This document shows, one piece after another, positions 52,493-61,812 of a DNA stretch of 64,000 nucleotides. How positions within the stretch are numbered: the first letter of the stretch is position 1; every line of letters begins with the position of its first letter. Under the pieces are notes generated by a model that was not told the DNA's origin, made no database searches, and saw only the letters and a program-made list of their open reading frames with translations. Origin of the DNA: Pseudomonadota bacterium (GTDB lineage Bacteria > Pseudomonadota > Gammaproteobacteria > Burkholderiales > SG8-39); assembly GCA_027624175.1 (NCBI GenBank), contig JAQBXT010000001.1, positions 32,842-96,841 on the forward strand, in the 5' to 3' direction. The position numbers were made by a program, and so were the translations under genes.

Positions 52493-53101
52493 TTAGGCGA
52501 GGCCCAGTTCGGCGAACGCGTGCTGGAACGCAGTCTCGGTGTCCAGCCCCAGCGCGTCGTTGAACTTGTTCCACGCCGCGCACAGCGCGAGCCGCATGGT
52601 CAGGTCGACGATCTGGCGCTCGGAAAAGCGCACCTTCAGCGCCGCGAACAGTTGGTCGTCGACCCGCTGCGGCACCGCGGCGAGCGCCTCGGCGTAGCGC
52701 ACCACCAGCCACTCGTCTTCGGACCAGAGCGTTCGGTCGGACCAGGCGTCGTTCTGCACCGCCTGCAGCTGCGCCGTCGTCAATCCCGCGCCGTGCGCGA
52801 GCGGCGCGTGGTGCTGCACGCAGTAGCGGCAAGCGTTGACGCGGGAGACGACCAGAATGCCGAGCTCGGTCAACTTGCGATCGATGGACGGCTGTGCGGC
52901 GAACGCTTCATAGACGGAGAACAGCGCCTTGAGCAGCGCTGGATTGTGCGCAAGCGCGCGGACCTGGTTGCCGAACAGCGTCGGGCCTGGCAGCGTGCTC
53001 CCGTCCGAAACGGCGTCAGCGCGGTCGTAGAGGGGGCCGAGCGAGGCGTCGGCTTCGCGTTTCTCGGGCAACCGTACGCGCGCGACGTTGGGTTCGGACA
53101 T
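52493..53101 (-). CDS. Carboxymuconolactone decarboxylase / AhpD-like protein
   Basis: ELGILVVSRVNACRYCVQHH, NKFNDALG. Confidence 0.87.
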   Translation of the reverse strand: MSEPNVARVRLPEKREADASLGPLYDRADAVSDGSTLPGPTLFGNQVRALAHNPALLKALFSVYEAFAAQPSIDRKLTELGILVVSRVNACRYCVQHHAPLAHGAGLTTAQLQAVQNDAWSDRTLWSEDEWLVVRYAEALAAVPQRVDDQLFAALKVRFSERQIVDLTMRLALCAAWNKFNDALGLDTETAFQHAFAELGLA

Positions 53102-53163
53102 GAAGGTCTCCGGAGATTTCCTGCAACGAGTCATGCAATTGTAACGGCGCGCCGCTATTGGTG

Positions 53164-53185
53164 AAAAATGGGGCCTGTCCCCATT
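53164..53185 (-). terminator. Intrinsic terminator after the VKOR-Trx gene
   Basis: Minus strand AATGGGG-ACAGG-CCCCATT followed by a T run, directly after the TGA. Confidence 0.55.
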
Positions 53186-54135
53186 CATTCTTTGCGGGCT
53201 CCATCGGCGGACCACTTGAAGCCCGACATGGCCGCAAGCTCGACTACAGGGACCAAGCCGGTGTGGCGGCGGCCGTCGATGATCCAGGTCGGATAGTCAT
53301 TGATGTCGTTCGCGACACAGGCGAAGTTGCGCACACCTTTGCGCCCGTTCGGCGTGCACTCGACGTAGGGCAACCGATCGCCGGAGGCCTCGAACAAGGC
53401 TTTCTGCTTCTGGCAGCTCGGGCACCAGTACGCGCCATAAAAGCGCGCACCGGAATCGCGCAGGTGGACGGCAAGCGCTTTCAGGTACGGCTTCTCGGGC
53501 CCCGCGGCAGGATCGAAGAGGCCGCTGAAGTGCAGGAACAATCCGAACACGATCACGACAGCCGAGCCAACCGGGACCTGCAGCGATTTGGCCCACTCGT
53601 TCTCCGGCATGTGCGTGGGCCTGCGTATCAGCAACAGGACCAGCAGCAAATTCACGATTCCGAAAGAGGTGAGGCAGTACACGCAGGTCGCTTCGATAAC
53701 GAACACCGAGACAGCGGTGAGATACCAGCTCACGGCGGCGCCGACGCTGGCGATGGTCAACGCCAGCCGCCAGGAGCCCGGGCGGGTGCGCAGGCGCCAC
53801 AGCAGCCGCGCGAGCAGCGCGTAGGTCAAGAGGCCCCAGAACGCAATCGGCACGCCCAGCAAGGTGGACCAGCGGCTTTGCTGAACGAGGTCGCACTCGG
53901 AGTCCGCCCCGCAGAATGCCGGATGTGCGCCAAACCACGCGACGAACGTCAGATAGGACGTCAGCGCGATTCCGGCCAGGGCAAGCCCGAGCAGCCAATT
54001 GTCGAGCGGATGCGGACCGCGCCCCCGGGTGACCCCGGTCCGGCCCTCCGCCACTGGTGCCTCGGCGCGATGCCCTGCCCTCGGGGCATTGTCCCCGGAT
54101 CCTCGCTTGCCAGAGCGGCGGTTTTTTCTCGACAT
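53185..54135 (-). CDS. VKOR domain fused to a thioredoxin-like domain
   Basis: C....ECDLVQQSRWS, TCVYC, FYGAYWCPSC, LPYVEC, YPTWII. Confidence 0.9.
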   Translation of the reverse strand: MSRKNRRSGKRGSGDNAPRAGHRAEAPVAEGRTGVTRGRGPHPLDNWLLGLALAGIALTSYLTFVAWFGAHPAFCGADSECDLVQQSRWSTLLGVPIAFWGLLTYALLARLLWRLRTRPGSWRLALTIASVGAAVSWYLTAVSVFVIEATCVYCLTSFGIVNLLLVLLLIRRPTHMPENEWAKSLQVPVGSAVVIVFGLFLHFSGLFDPAAGPEKPYLKALAVHLRDSGARFYGAYWCPSCQKQKALFEASGDRLPYVECTPNGRKGVRNFACVANDINDYPTWIIDGRRHTGLVPVVELAAMSGFKWSADGARKE

Positions 54136-54194
54136 GTGGTAGTGAAAAGCCGCCCGGGGTCGCTAAGGGAGCGGGAAGAAACCAAGACCACGCA

Positions 54195-54884
54195 TCAGCC
54201 GGGCTTCACGTTCAGCAGCTCTTGAAATGCGGGCTGCAGCTCTTCGAGCTCCGTATCGATGGAATCCGGCAGGGACTGTGCGAACAGGTCGAGCAGGACC
54301 AGCGCATTGACGCTGCTGTCGCCCCCCTCAACCCTGATAGCGCCCAGCCGTTCTGCCATCCCGGCATTGACCCGCTGCAGTTCGCGGTAGTGCGCTTTCA
54401 GCCCGTCGAGTCCCGCATCCGCCGCCTTGCCCTGCTGCCTGAGGAAGTACTGGGCGAGCAGATAGGTCGACACGACCCGGTAAACGGTTTCTTCCCTGCT
54501 CGAGAACGGCAGATGGTAATGGGCCATCGGCTTCAGGAACTCGATGCGCGGACAATTGCTGCTGGCGGAGAGCAGTCCCATGAGCGAACGCAGCACTTTC
54601 TGCACGCTGGTGCGCTTGGTGACGGCGCGCTCGTCGGTCTCCACTGTTGCGGTGACGTCGTCGTAGGAACGCACCTTTTCGAACAGTGCGACCAGCGGCA
54701 TCAGTCGAACCGCCATCGGGCAGTGCTTCGTGTCCGACGTCGACAGGGGGCAATTGGCGCACTGGCGGAAGCCGAGTTCGGTCCAGGCCGGCAGCGCGGC
54801 CAGCGGCTGCGGAGCGGCCGCGCCGGCTTCCAGAGATTCCGACCGGCCGTCGGGAAAGAGAAAGTGGTAGACGAGTTTCGACAT
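54195..54884 (-). CDS. Conserved Cys-containing hypothetical protein (DUF6901-like)
   Basis: WTELGFRQCANCPL...CP, PMAHYHLPF, VNALVLLD. Confidence 0.7.
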   Translation of the reverse strand: MSKLVYHFLFPDGRSESLEAGAAAPQPLAALPAWTELGFRQCANCPLSTSDTKHCPMAVRLMPLVALFEKVRSYDDVTATVETDERAVTKRTSVQKVLRSLMGLLSASSNCPRIEFLKPMAHYHLPFSSREETVYRVVSTYLLAQYFLRQQGKAADAGLDGLKAHYRELQRVNAGMAERLGAIRVEGGDSSVNALVLLDLFAQSLPDSIDTELEELQPAFQELLNVKPG

Positions 54885-54890
54885 GGTGAC

Positions 54891-55568
54891 TTACGCCGCT
54901 CCGCCGTGCGCCCTGACCCTGACCTCGAGCGCTTCGAGCCTGCGGTCACGGATGCCGAGCTGGCGCAGGTGCTCGACGGTGTCGAACAGGTAGTCGCAGC
55001 AGCGGCCCATCGGACCAGCCCCGGTGGCGAGGTAGCGCGCGATCACCTGATCCTCGAGGCCCGGCACGTAGCGTTCATGCTCGCGATTGGCGCTGAAGGC
55101 GATCGCGGGCTCCGCGCCCTTGGGGGTGCGTGCGGTGGTCCACACCGGGCGATAGGACATGGTGAACATTTCACGCCGCCAGATTACGTCGAGCTCGGTT
55201 GCCGCCTCGCGCCGGTCCAGGCGGTAGGCGACGCCAGTGCAGCTGCCGCCCGACTCGAGGGACAGCATCAGGCCGGGCCGCTCGGGACTGCCGCGGCCGG
55301 CGCGCGACCACAGGCAGAACTGGCGGTGAAAGCCGTGGATGCGCGCCGTGCGGCGCTCGACAAAGTGGAACGCGGGATTCCAGATCAGCGAGCCGAACGC
55401 AAACACCCAGATGCGATCCGGGCGCGGCGCGCGGTCGAGGATCGCCTGCACCTGGGCGCGGCGCTCGGCGTCCGTAGCGAAGCGTGCGTCCGGCCCGAGC
55501 AGGGCGCGCACCGAGGCGTGCAGCGTGCCGTCGAGGATGCTTTGGCGCGTGAGCCTCAGGCCGACCAT
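54891..55568 (-). CDS. ChaC-like gamma-glutamylcyclotransferase
   Basis: WVFAFGSLIWNP, RGSPERPGL, IWRREM. Confidence 0.88.
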   Translation of the reverse strand: MVGLRLTRQSILDGTLHASVRALLGPDARFATDAERRAQVQAILDRAPRPDRIWVFAFGSLIWNPAFHFVERRTARIHGFHRQFCLWSRAGRGSPERPGLMLSLESGGSCTGVAYRLDRREAATELDVIWRREMFTMSYRPVWTTARTPKGAEPAIAFSANREHERYVPGLEDQVIARYLATGAGPMGRCCDYLFDTVEHLRQLGIRDRRLEALEVRVRAHGGAA

Positions 55569-55574
55569 GACGGG

Positions 55575-56282
55575 CTAGCCTGGCGCCGCCACCAACAGGC
55601 CGCGGATGCCGTGGCGCGCGATCAGCTGCGCCACCAGCCCGGAGGCCTTGACGTCCTCGACGAACTTTCGCAGGTAGGCTGCGCCTTCGGGCCGGCCCTT
55701 GGGCGTGCCGATGGCCTGTTGCACGGCGGTGAAGCGCCCATCGAGGACCTTCGATCCGGGGAGCTTGGCCACGTCGTCCATCAGCCGCGGCTTGAGCCCG
55801 GCGAGCACTTCGAGTTTGTCGTTGATGAACAGCTGGTAGGACGCCTCGATGCCATCGGCCGTCATCAGAGCGGCGTTCTTGATATTGCGCGACAGCCAGA
55901 GGTGGTAGGCGCTGCGGTCCGCCACCGCGATGCGCACCCCCTTGTGGTCCACGTCGCCCATCGACTTGATCGGCGAGCCCGCGGGCACGAGATAGGTCGC
56001 TTCGATCTCCACGTAAGGCGCGGTGAAGTCGATCTCGGCCGCGCGCTGCGGCTCGGCGCCGATGAAGGCGACATCCCACTCGCCCTTTTTCGCGCCGTCG
56101 GCGACCTCGCCGACCTTTTCGTACTTGCGCAGCTCGGCGGCGACGCCGAGCCGCTGCGCGAGCTCCTGCGCCAGGTCGGGGACGATACCGCGGATGCTGC
56201 CGTCCGCGTTCCTCTGCACCAGGAGAAAATTGCTCAGATTGACGCCTACGCGCAGCTTGCCGGTGGGGGTGAGTTCTTTCAT
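55575..56282 (-). CDS. Amino-acid ABC-type substrate-binding protein (family 3), no signal peptide
   Basis: PTGKLRVG.N, WDVAF, FTAPYVEIEA. Confidence 0.82.
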   Translation of the reverse strand: MKELTPTGKLRVGVNLSNFLLVQRNADGSIRGIVPDLAQELAQRLGVAAELRKYEKVGEVADGAKKGEWDVAFIGAEPQRAAEIDFTAPYVEIEATYLVPAGSPIKSMGDVDHKGVRIAVADRSAYHLWLSRNIKNAALMTADGIEASYQLFINDKLEVLAGLKPRLMDDVAKLPGSKVLDGRFTAVQQAIGTPKGRPEGAAYLRKFVEDVKASGLVAQLIARHGIRGLLVAAPG

Positions 56283-56518
56283 AGGTCAGTAGCGAGGTCG
56301 GCGCCGCGGTGCGGGCAATGACGTTGCATCAGCCGGTAGCTAGCGCCCGCCCTGAACAGGACGAACTCCTCGCCGAACAGGCGCACGGCCTTCACTGCCC
56401 GATCGCCCTGCAGCTCTTCTACTAGGGCGACCGGCTGCCAGTAGTTGCGCAGCAGGGTACCGGCCGGGGTGCCGGGGCCGACGCGCGTCATGAGTTCGTT
56501 CTGCTCGCGGCTGATCAC
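56279..56518 (-). pseudogene. Truncated Rieske aromatic-ring oxygenase alpha subunit (phthalate 4,5-dioxygenase-like N-terminus)
   Basis: NELMTRVGPGTP.G.LLRNYWQP...HCPHRGADL then stop; the second Rieske motif and the catalytic domain are absent. Confidence 0.82.
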
Positions 56519-56521
56519 AGC

Positions 56522-57223
56522 TCAGATCCCCAGGTAACGGTGCTGCACGTCGCGGGCGTCGCTCAATGCGGCGGAACTGCCGCTCCAGACCACGCGGCCC
56601 TTTTCCAGCACGTAGTGCCGGTCGGCCACGCGCGTCAGCGCGCGCACGTCCTTGTCGATCACCAGGATCGACAGGCCTTCGGCCTTCAGTTGCTCGATGG
56701 AGGCATAGATGTCCGCGCGCACCATCGGCGCCAGGCCCTCGGTCGCCTCGTCCAGGATCAGCAGCTTCGGGTTGGTCATCAGGGCACGGCCGATCGACAG
56801 CATCTGCTGCTCGCCGCCGGAGAGCTGGTTGCCGTAGTGGCGCCGGCGCTCCTGCAGGTTGGGGAACAGGCGGTACACCCGCTCGAGGGTCCATGCGGCG
56901 CCCTTGCCGCTGCGGCTCGCGGCCGTGGCGACCAGGTTCTCGTGCACCGAAAGATTGGGGAACACCTGCCGTCCCTCGGGCACCAGGCCGAGGCCGGCCT
57001 TCGCCACGCGGTAGGAGGGCAGCCCGGAGATCGGCTTGCCGTCCATGTGCACGCTGCCGCCTCTTGCGCGCACCACGCCCATGATGGAAAGCACGGTGGT
57101 GGTCTTGCCCATGCCGTTGCGGCCGAGCAGTGTGACGACCTCGCCTTCGCCGATGTCGAGCGACACCCCGAACAGCACCTGCGATACGCCGTAGGCGGTT
57201 TCCAGTCCTTCGACCTTGAGCAT
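56522..57223 (-). CDS. Branched-chain-type ABC transporter ATPase (LivF-like)
   Basis: GRNGMGKT, LSGGEQQML, LDEA. Confidence 0.93.
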   Translation of the reverse strand: MLKVEGLETAYGVSQVLFGVSLDIGEGEVVTLLGRNGMGKTTTVLSIMGVVRARGGSVHMDGKPISGLPSYRVAKAGLGLVPEGRQVFPNLSVHENLVATAASRSGKGAAWTLERVYRLFPNLQERRRHYGNQLSGGEQQMLSIGRALMTNPKLLILDEATEGLAPMVRADIYASIEQLKAEGLSILVIDKDVRALTRVADRHYVLEKGRVVWSGSSAALSDARDVQHRYLGI

Positions 57224-57972
57224 CAGGCCTCTTCCCCGAGATAGGCGCGGCGCACTTCGGCATTGGCGCGCACTTCCTCCGGCGCGCCGCTGGCAATGAT
57301 GCGACCGTAGACCAGCACCGAGATGCGGTCGGCGAGCGTGAACACCGCGTCCATGTCGTGCTCGACCAGGATGATGGTCTGCCGGCCCTTGAGACCCGAC
57401 AGGAACTGCACCATGCGCTCCGACTCCTCCAGCCCCATGCCGGCAACCGGTTCGTCGAGCAGCAGCAGCCGCGGGCGCGTGGCGAGCGCCATCGCCACTT
57501 CCAGCTGGCGCTGCTCGCCGTGGGCGAGGTTGGCGGCGAGTACGTCGGCGCGCGCACCCAGGCCAACCTCTTCCAGCACGACCCGCGCCGGGTCGCGCAG
57601 CGCGCGCTCCTCACGCGCCGCGCGCCAGAAACGGAAGCTGTGCCCGGCATGCGCTTGCACCGCCAGGGCGACGTTGTCGAGCGCGGTGAAGTCGCGATAG
57701 ATGCTGGTGATCTGGAACGAGCGCGCGAAGCCCCGGCGCGCGCGCTGCGGGGCCGACAGGTGCGTGATGTCCTCGCCGGCGAAGCGGATGCTGCCGGAGT
57801 CGGGGCGCAGGTTGCCCGCGAGCTGGCCGATGAGCGTGGTCTTGCCGGCGCCGTTCGGGCCGATGATGGCGTGCGTCTCGCCTTCGCGCAGGTCGAGGTC
57901 GACGCCGTCGGTGGCCGCCAGCGCACCAAAGGACTTGCGCAGCGCCTGCACCGCGAGGATGGACTCAGCCAT
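57223..57972 (-). CDS. Branched-chain-type ABC transporter ATPase (LivG-like)
   Basis: GPNGAGKT, LAHGEQR, VEHDM, VRRAYLG. Confidence 0.93.
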   Translation of the reverse strand: MAESILAVQALRKSFGALAATDGVDLDLREGETHAIIGPNGAGKTTLIGQLAGNLRPDSGSIRFAGEDITHLSAPQRARRGFARSFQITSIYRDFTALDNVALAVQAHAGHSFRFWRAAREERALRDPARVVLEEVGLGARADVLAANLAHGEQRQLEVAMALATRPRLLLLDEPVAGMGLEESERMVQFLSGLKGRQTIILVEHDMDAVFTLADRISVLVYGRIIASGAPEEVRANAEVRRAYLGEEA

Positions 57973-58903
57973 CCTTGCCGCCCCCGGGCAGCAGGCCGGC
58001 GAGCCCGCGCTTGAAAAACAGCACCGACAGCACCAGCAGCGGGCCGAAGATCACCTGCCAGTGCTGGGTCCAGCCAGCCAGCTGGTCCTCCACGATCAGC
58101 AGCGCGAAGGCGCCGAGCGCGGGCCCGGGGATGCTGCCCATGCCGCCGAGGATCACCATGAACATGATTTCGCCCGAGCGCGTCCAGTCCATGAACGCGG
58201 GGGTGATGTAGGCGGTGTGGTTGGCGAGCAGCGCGCCCGCCAGCCCGCACATCGCGCCGGCGATGACGAAGGCCACCAGCTGGTAGGGGTAAGGCGAGAA
58301 TCCGATGGCGCGCGTGCGCGCCTCGTTCGACTTCGCGGCGCGGATCACCCTGCCGAAGCGTGAATTCACCAACCGGTGCACCAGATACATGCAGGCCAAC
58401 AACAGCGCCAGCACCACGTAGTAGTAGGTCACGGGGTCGCCGAGATCGACCAGCCCGGAGAACTGGCTCTTCACCTTGAGCCGCATGCCGTCGTCGCCGC
58501 CGAATTCCTCGACCGAGACGCCGAGGTAGTAAAGCATCTGCGTAAAGGCCAGCGTGATCATGATGAAGTAGATGCCGCGCGTGCGCACCGAGATGGCGCC
58601 GATCAGCAGCGCCACCAGCGCCGAAGCGACGATCGCGACCGCCCATTGCAGCCAGCCGTTGTGGATGCCGTAGAAGGCGAGGATGCCGACCGAGTAGGCG
58701 CCGACCCCGAGGTAGGCGGCGTGGCCGAAGGACACCAGCCCGCCATAGCCGAGGATCAGATTGAGGCTGACCGCCGCGATGCCGAAGATCAGCACGCGCC
58801 GCAGCAGGTCGATGTAGTAGGGCTGATTGAAAACCGTTGCCAGCGGCGGCACCGCGAGCAGCAGCAGCACGCAGGCGGCGAGGATCAGCGTGCGCGCCCG
58901 CAT
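57965..58903 (-). CDS. Branched-chain-type ABC permease (LivM-like)
   Basis: GYGGLVSFGH, YFIMITLAF, VILGG. Confidence 0.92.
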   Translation of the reverse strand: MRARTLILAACVLLLLAVPPLATVFNQPYYIDLLRRVLIFGIAAVSLNLILGYGGLVSFGHAAYLGVGAYSVGILAFYGIHNGWLQWAVAIVASALVALLIGAISVRTRGIYFIMITLAFTQMLYYLGVSVEEFGGDDGMRLKVKSQFSGLVDLGDPVTYYYVVLALLLACMYLVHRLVNSRFGRVIRAAKSNEARTRAIGFSPYPYQLVAFVIAGAMCGLAGALLANHTAYITPAFMDWTRSGEIMFMVILGGMGSIPGPALGAFALLIVEDQLAGWTQHWQVIFGPLLVLSVLFFKRGLAGLLPGGGKDG

Positions 58904-59826
58904 CAGCCGCTCTTCGCCGGGAACAGTCCCTCGGGGCGCAGCGAGAGGACCAGCGCCATCAGGAGGTAGATCAGCATCGAGGCCAGCGCCGGGCCCGCAG
59001 CCTCGGCGGCGGGCGGCGAGATGAAGTGGCCAAGCAGCGGCTTGAGGAATGCACGCCCCAGCGTGTCGACCACGCCGACCACCAGCGAACCCACAAGTGC
59101 ACCGCGGATCGAGCCGATGCCGCCGATGACAATGACCACGAACACCTGGATCAGGATCAGCTCGCCCATGCCTGGCTGCACGGCGTAAATCGGGCCCGCC
59201 ATCAGGCCGGCGAGGCCGGCGAGCGCGGCGCCAAAGCCGAATACCACCGTGTACAGCAGGCGGATGTTGATGCCGAGCGCAGCGACCATGGTGCGGTTGG
59301 AGGCGCCGGCGCGGATCAGCATGCCCAGGCGCGTCCTGGTGACCACGAACCAGAGCAGGGCACCTACCACGAGGCCGACGCCGATCACCACGGCCCGGTA
59401 CAGCGGATAAATCGAGCCCGGGATGATCTCGATGTGTCCCTGCAGCCACGCCGGCAGCGACATGTAGAGCGCGGTGCGGCCCCAGATGATGGCGATCAGC
59501 TCGTTGAAGAACAGGATCAGGCCGAAGGTGGCGAGCACCTGGTCGAGGTGGTCGCGCTCGTACAGCGTGCGCAGCGCGATCACTTCCACCAGCATGCCCA
59601 CCGCCAGCGTGCCCAGCAGGCCGAGCGCGACGCCCGCCAGGTAGTTGCCGGTCCATTGAACGGCCGACACAGTCAGGTAGGCGCCGACCATGTACAGCGA
59701 GCCGTGCGCCAGGTTGACCAGGTTCATGATGCCGAACACCAGCGTCAGGCCGGCCGCCATCAGGAACAGCATGACGCCGAACTGCAGCCCGTTCAGCAGC
59801 TGCTCGAAGACCAGGATGGTGGTCAC
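58903..59826 (-). CDS. Branched-chain-type ABC permease (LivH-like)
   Basis: GLTLVFGIM...NLAHG, IGGIGS, RPEGLF. Confidence 0.92.
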   Translation of the reverse strand: MTTILVFEQLLNGLQFGVMLFLMAAGLTLVFGIMNLVNLAHGSLYMVGAYLTVSAVQWTGNYLAGVALGLLGTLAVGMLVEVIALRTLYERDHLDQVLATFGLILFFNELIAIIWGRTALYMSLPAWLQGHIEIIPGSIYPLYRAVVIGVGLVVGALLWFVVTRTRLGMLIRAGASNRTMVAALGINIRLLYTVVFGFGAALAGLAGLMAGPIYAVQPGMGELILIQVFVVIVIGGIGSIRGALVGSLVVGVVDTLGRAFLKPLLGHFISPPAAEAAGPALASMLIYLLMALVLSLRPEGLFPAKSG

Positions 59827-59859
59827 AAAAAAGAGGGGCGCGGTGTCGCCGCGCCCCTC
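59827..59859 (-). terminator. Intra-operon terminator-like hairpin between the SBP and permease genes
   Basis: Minus strand GAGGGGCGCGG-CGACA-CCGCGCCCCTC-TTTTTT immediately before the GTG. Confidence 0.7.
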
Positions 59860-59881
59860 GGCTTCCGGTGCGTGGAGACGA

Positions 59882-61063
59882 CTACCACTTCATCTTGCAG
59901 TCCTGGTAGTACGAGTCCTTGTGGTCATCGAACACCTTCTTCTGAATGCGCATCTCGACGCCGTCCGGCCCGCCCTTGACCGCCCGCAGCAGGAAGAAAT
60001 CCTGGATCGGGTGATGGTTGACGTTGTACTTGAAGGGCCCGCGAATCGAGTCGAAGTCGGCCTTGCGCATCGACGCGATCACCGCCTTGGTGTTGGCCAG
60101 GCTGCCCTTGTTGGCGCGCACGGCCGAGTCGATCAGCAGCATGCCGTCATAGCTCTGCGCGCCGTAGAACGAAGGCGTGTAGCCGAACTTCTTGCGAAAG
60201 TCCGCCACGTACTTCTGGCTCGCCGGCACCTTCATGTCGGGGCTCCAGAATTTCGCCTCGTACTGCCCGAGCGCCGACTCCTTGAGCGCGGGCAGCGTGG
60301 TCTCGTCCACCGTGAACACGGAGTACAGCGGGATGCGCTCGCGCAGTCCCGCTTGCACGTACTGCTTGACGAACTGGATGCCCATGCCGCCCGGGTAGAA
60401 CACGAACACCGCCTTCGGGCCCTTGGCGCGCAACTGGGTGATCTCGGCCTGGTAGTCCTGCTGGCCCGGCTTGGTGAAGATCTCCTCGACGATGCGGCCT
60501 TTGTAGAAGCGCTTGAATCCCGCCACCATGTCCTTGCCGGCCTGGTAGTTCGGCGCCATCACGTAGACGTCGTTGATGCCCTGCTCCTGCATGAACTTGC
60601 CCATCGCTTCGGGCGTCTGGTCGTTGTTCCAGGAGGTGGAGAAGTACTGCTCGTGGCAGGCCTTGCCGGCGAGGGGGCTGGCGCCGGCGTTGGTGCCGAC
60701 CATCACCTTGCCCGCACCGGTCACCACCGGCACCACCGCCATCATCACGTGCGACCAGATGATGCCGGACATGATGTCCACCTGATGCTTCTTGAGCATT
60801 TCTTCGGCCACCTGCACGCCGACGTCGGGCTTGAACTGGTCGTCGCCGAAGATCACTTCCACCGGCACGCCGCCCATCTTGTGGCCGAGGTGATCGAGCG
60901 CCAGTTCGACCGAGTCCTTCATGTGCTTGCCGATGACGCCGGCGGGGCCGGACAAGGTAGTGATGAAACCGATCTTGATCTTTTGCTGTGCTGCGGCCGG
61001 CAGGGCGAACGCGAGCGTCGCGGCTGTCGCGACGGCGGCCAGCATGCGGATGGGGATAGGCAC
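59882..61063 (-). CDS. ABC substrate-binding protein, LivJ fold (aromatic-acid/benzoate-binding type)
   Basis: TTLSGP, DDQFKPDVG, APNYQAGKD, FYPGGMG. Confidence 0.88.
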   Translation of the reverse strand: MPIPIRMLAAVATAATLAFALPAAAQQKIKIGFITTLSGPAGVIGKHMKDSVELALDHLGHKMGGVPVEVIFGDDQFKPDVGVQVAEEMLKKHQVDIMSGIIWSHVMMAVVPVVTGAGKVMVGTNAGASPLAGKACHEQYFSTSWNNDQTPEAMGKFMQEQGINDVYVMAPNYQAGKDMVAGFKRFYKGRIVEEIFTKPGQQDYQAEITQLRAKGPKAVFVFYPGGMGIQFVKQYVQAGLRERIPLYSVFTVDETTLPALKESALGQYEAKFWSPDMKVPASQKYVADFRKKFGYTPSFYGAQSYDGMLLIDSAVRANKGSLANTKAVIASMRKADFDSIRGPFKYNVNHHPIQDFFLLRAVKGGPDGVEMRIQKKVFDDHKDSYYQDCKMKW

Positions 61064-61152
61064 GATAGGTCTCCTCAGAATTATGTGCGCGTCCAGTCTA
61101 ACAAGGGGTCCCGAGGGGTGTCTAGGCTGAATCGAGCCGCTAAACTTGCGCC

Positions 61153-61809
61153 ATGTTAAGGCTCTCGGGCGTCAGCAAGCGTTTTGGCGGGCGTACCGTC
61201 CTCAACGGAGTTTCCCTCGAAGTGGCGCCCGGGGAGCATGTGGCGGTGCTGGGGGAGTCGGGCATCGGAAAATCGACGCTGCTCAACGTCATCGCCGGCC
61301 TGGAGCCGGTGGACGCGGGCAGCATCGCCTACGACGGGTTCGAGGTCGCTGCGCTCTCGGATGACGCCGCGACACGGTTGCGGCGCGATCATTTCGGTTT
61401 CGTGTTCCAGGCCTTCCACCTGCTGCCGCATCTGAGCGCCGAACAGAACGTCGGCCTGCCGCTGCTGCTGCGCGGCGTGCACCCTGCCGAGATCCGCAGC
61501 CGTGCGCGCGCCCTGCTGGGCGCGGTAGGGCTGGGAGGCCGCGAGGCGGCGATGCCGCGCGAGCTCTCGGGCGGCGAGCTGCAGCGCATCGCGATCGCGC
61601 GCGCCCTGGTCGGTGCGCCCAAACTGGTGCTCGCGGACGAACCCACCGGCAACCTCGACCCGGACAATGCGCGCCAGGTGCTGGAAGTGTTGCGCGGGCA
61701 GGTGAAGCGCCATGGCGCCGCCGGCATTCTCGTCACGCACTCCGAGGCCGCAGCTGCCACCTGCGACCGGCGCTACCGCCTGGACGCGAACGGCCTGCGG
61801 GCGCTGTGA
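61153..61809 (+). CDS. ABC ATPase, LolD/YbbA-like, with no adjacent permease
   Basis: GESGIGKST, FVFQAF, LSGGELQR, ADEPTGNLD. Confidence 0.9.
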   Translation: MLRLSGVSKRFGGRTVLNGVSLEVAPGEHVAVLGESGIGKSTLLNVIAGLEPVDAGSIAYDGFEVAALSDDAATRLRRDHFGFVFQAFHLLPHLSAEQNVGLPLLLRGVHPAEIRSRARALLGAVGLGGREAAMPRELSGGELQRIAIARALVGAPKLVLADEPTGNLDPDNARQVLEVLRGQVKRHGAAGILVTHSEAAAATCDRRYRLDANGLRAL

Positions 61810-61812
61810 ATA

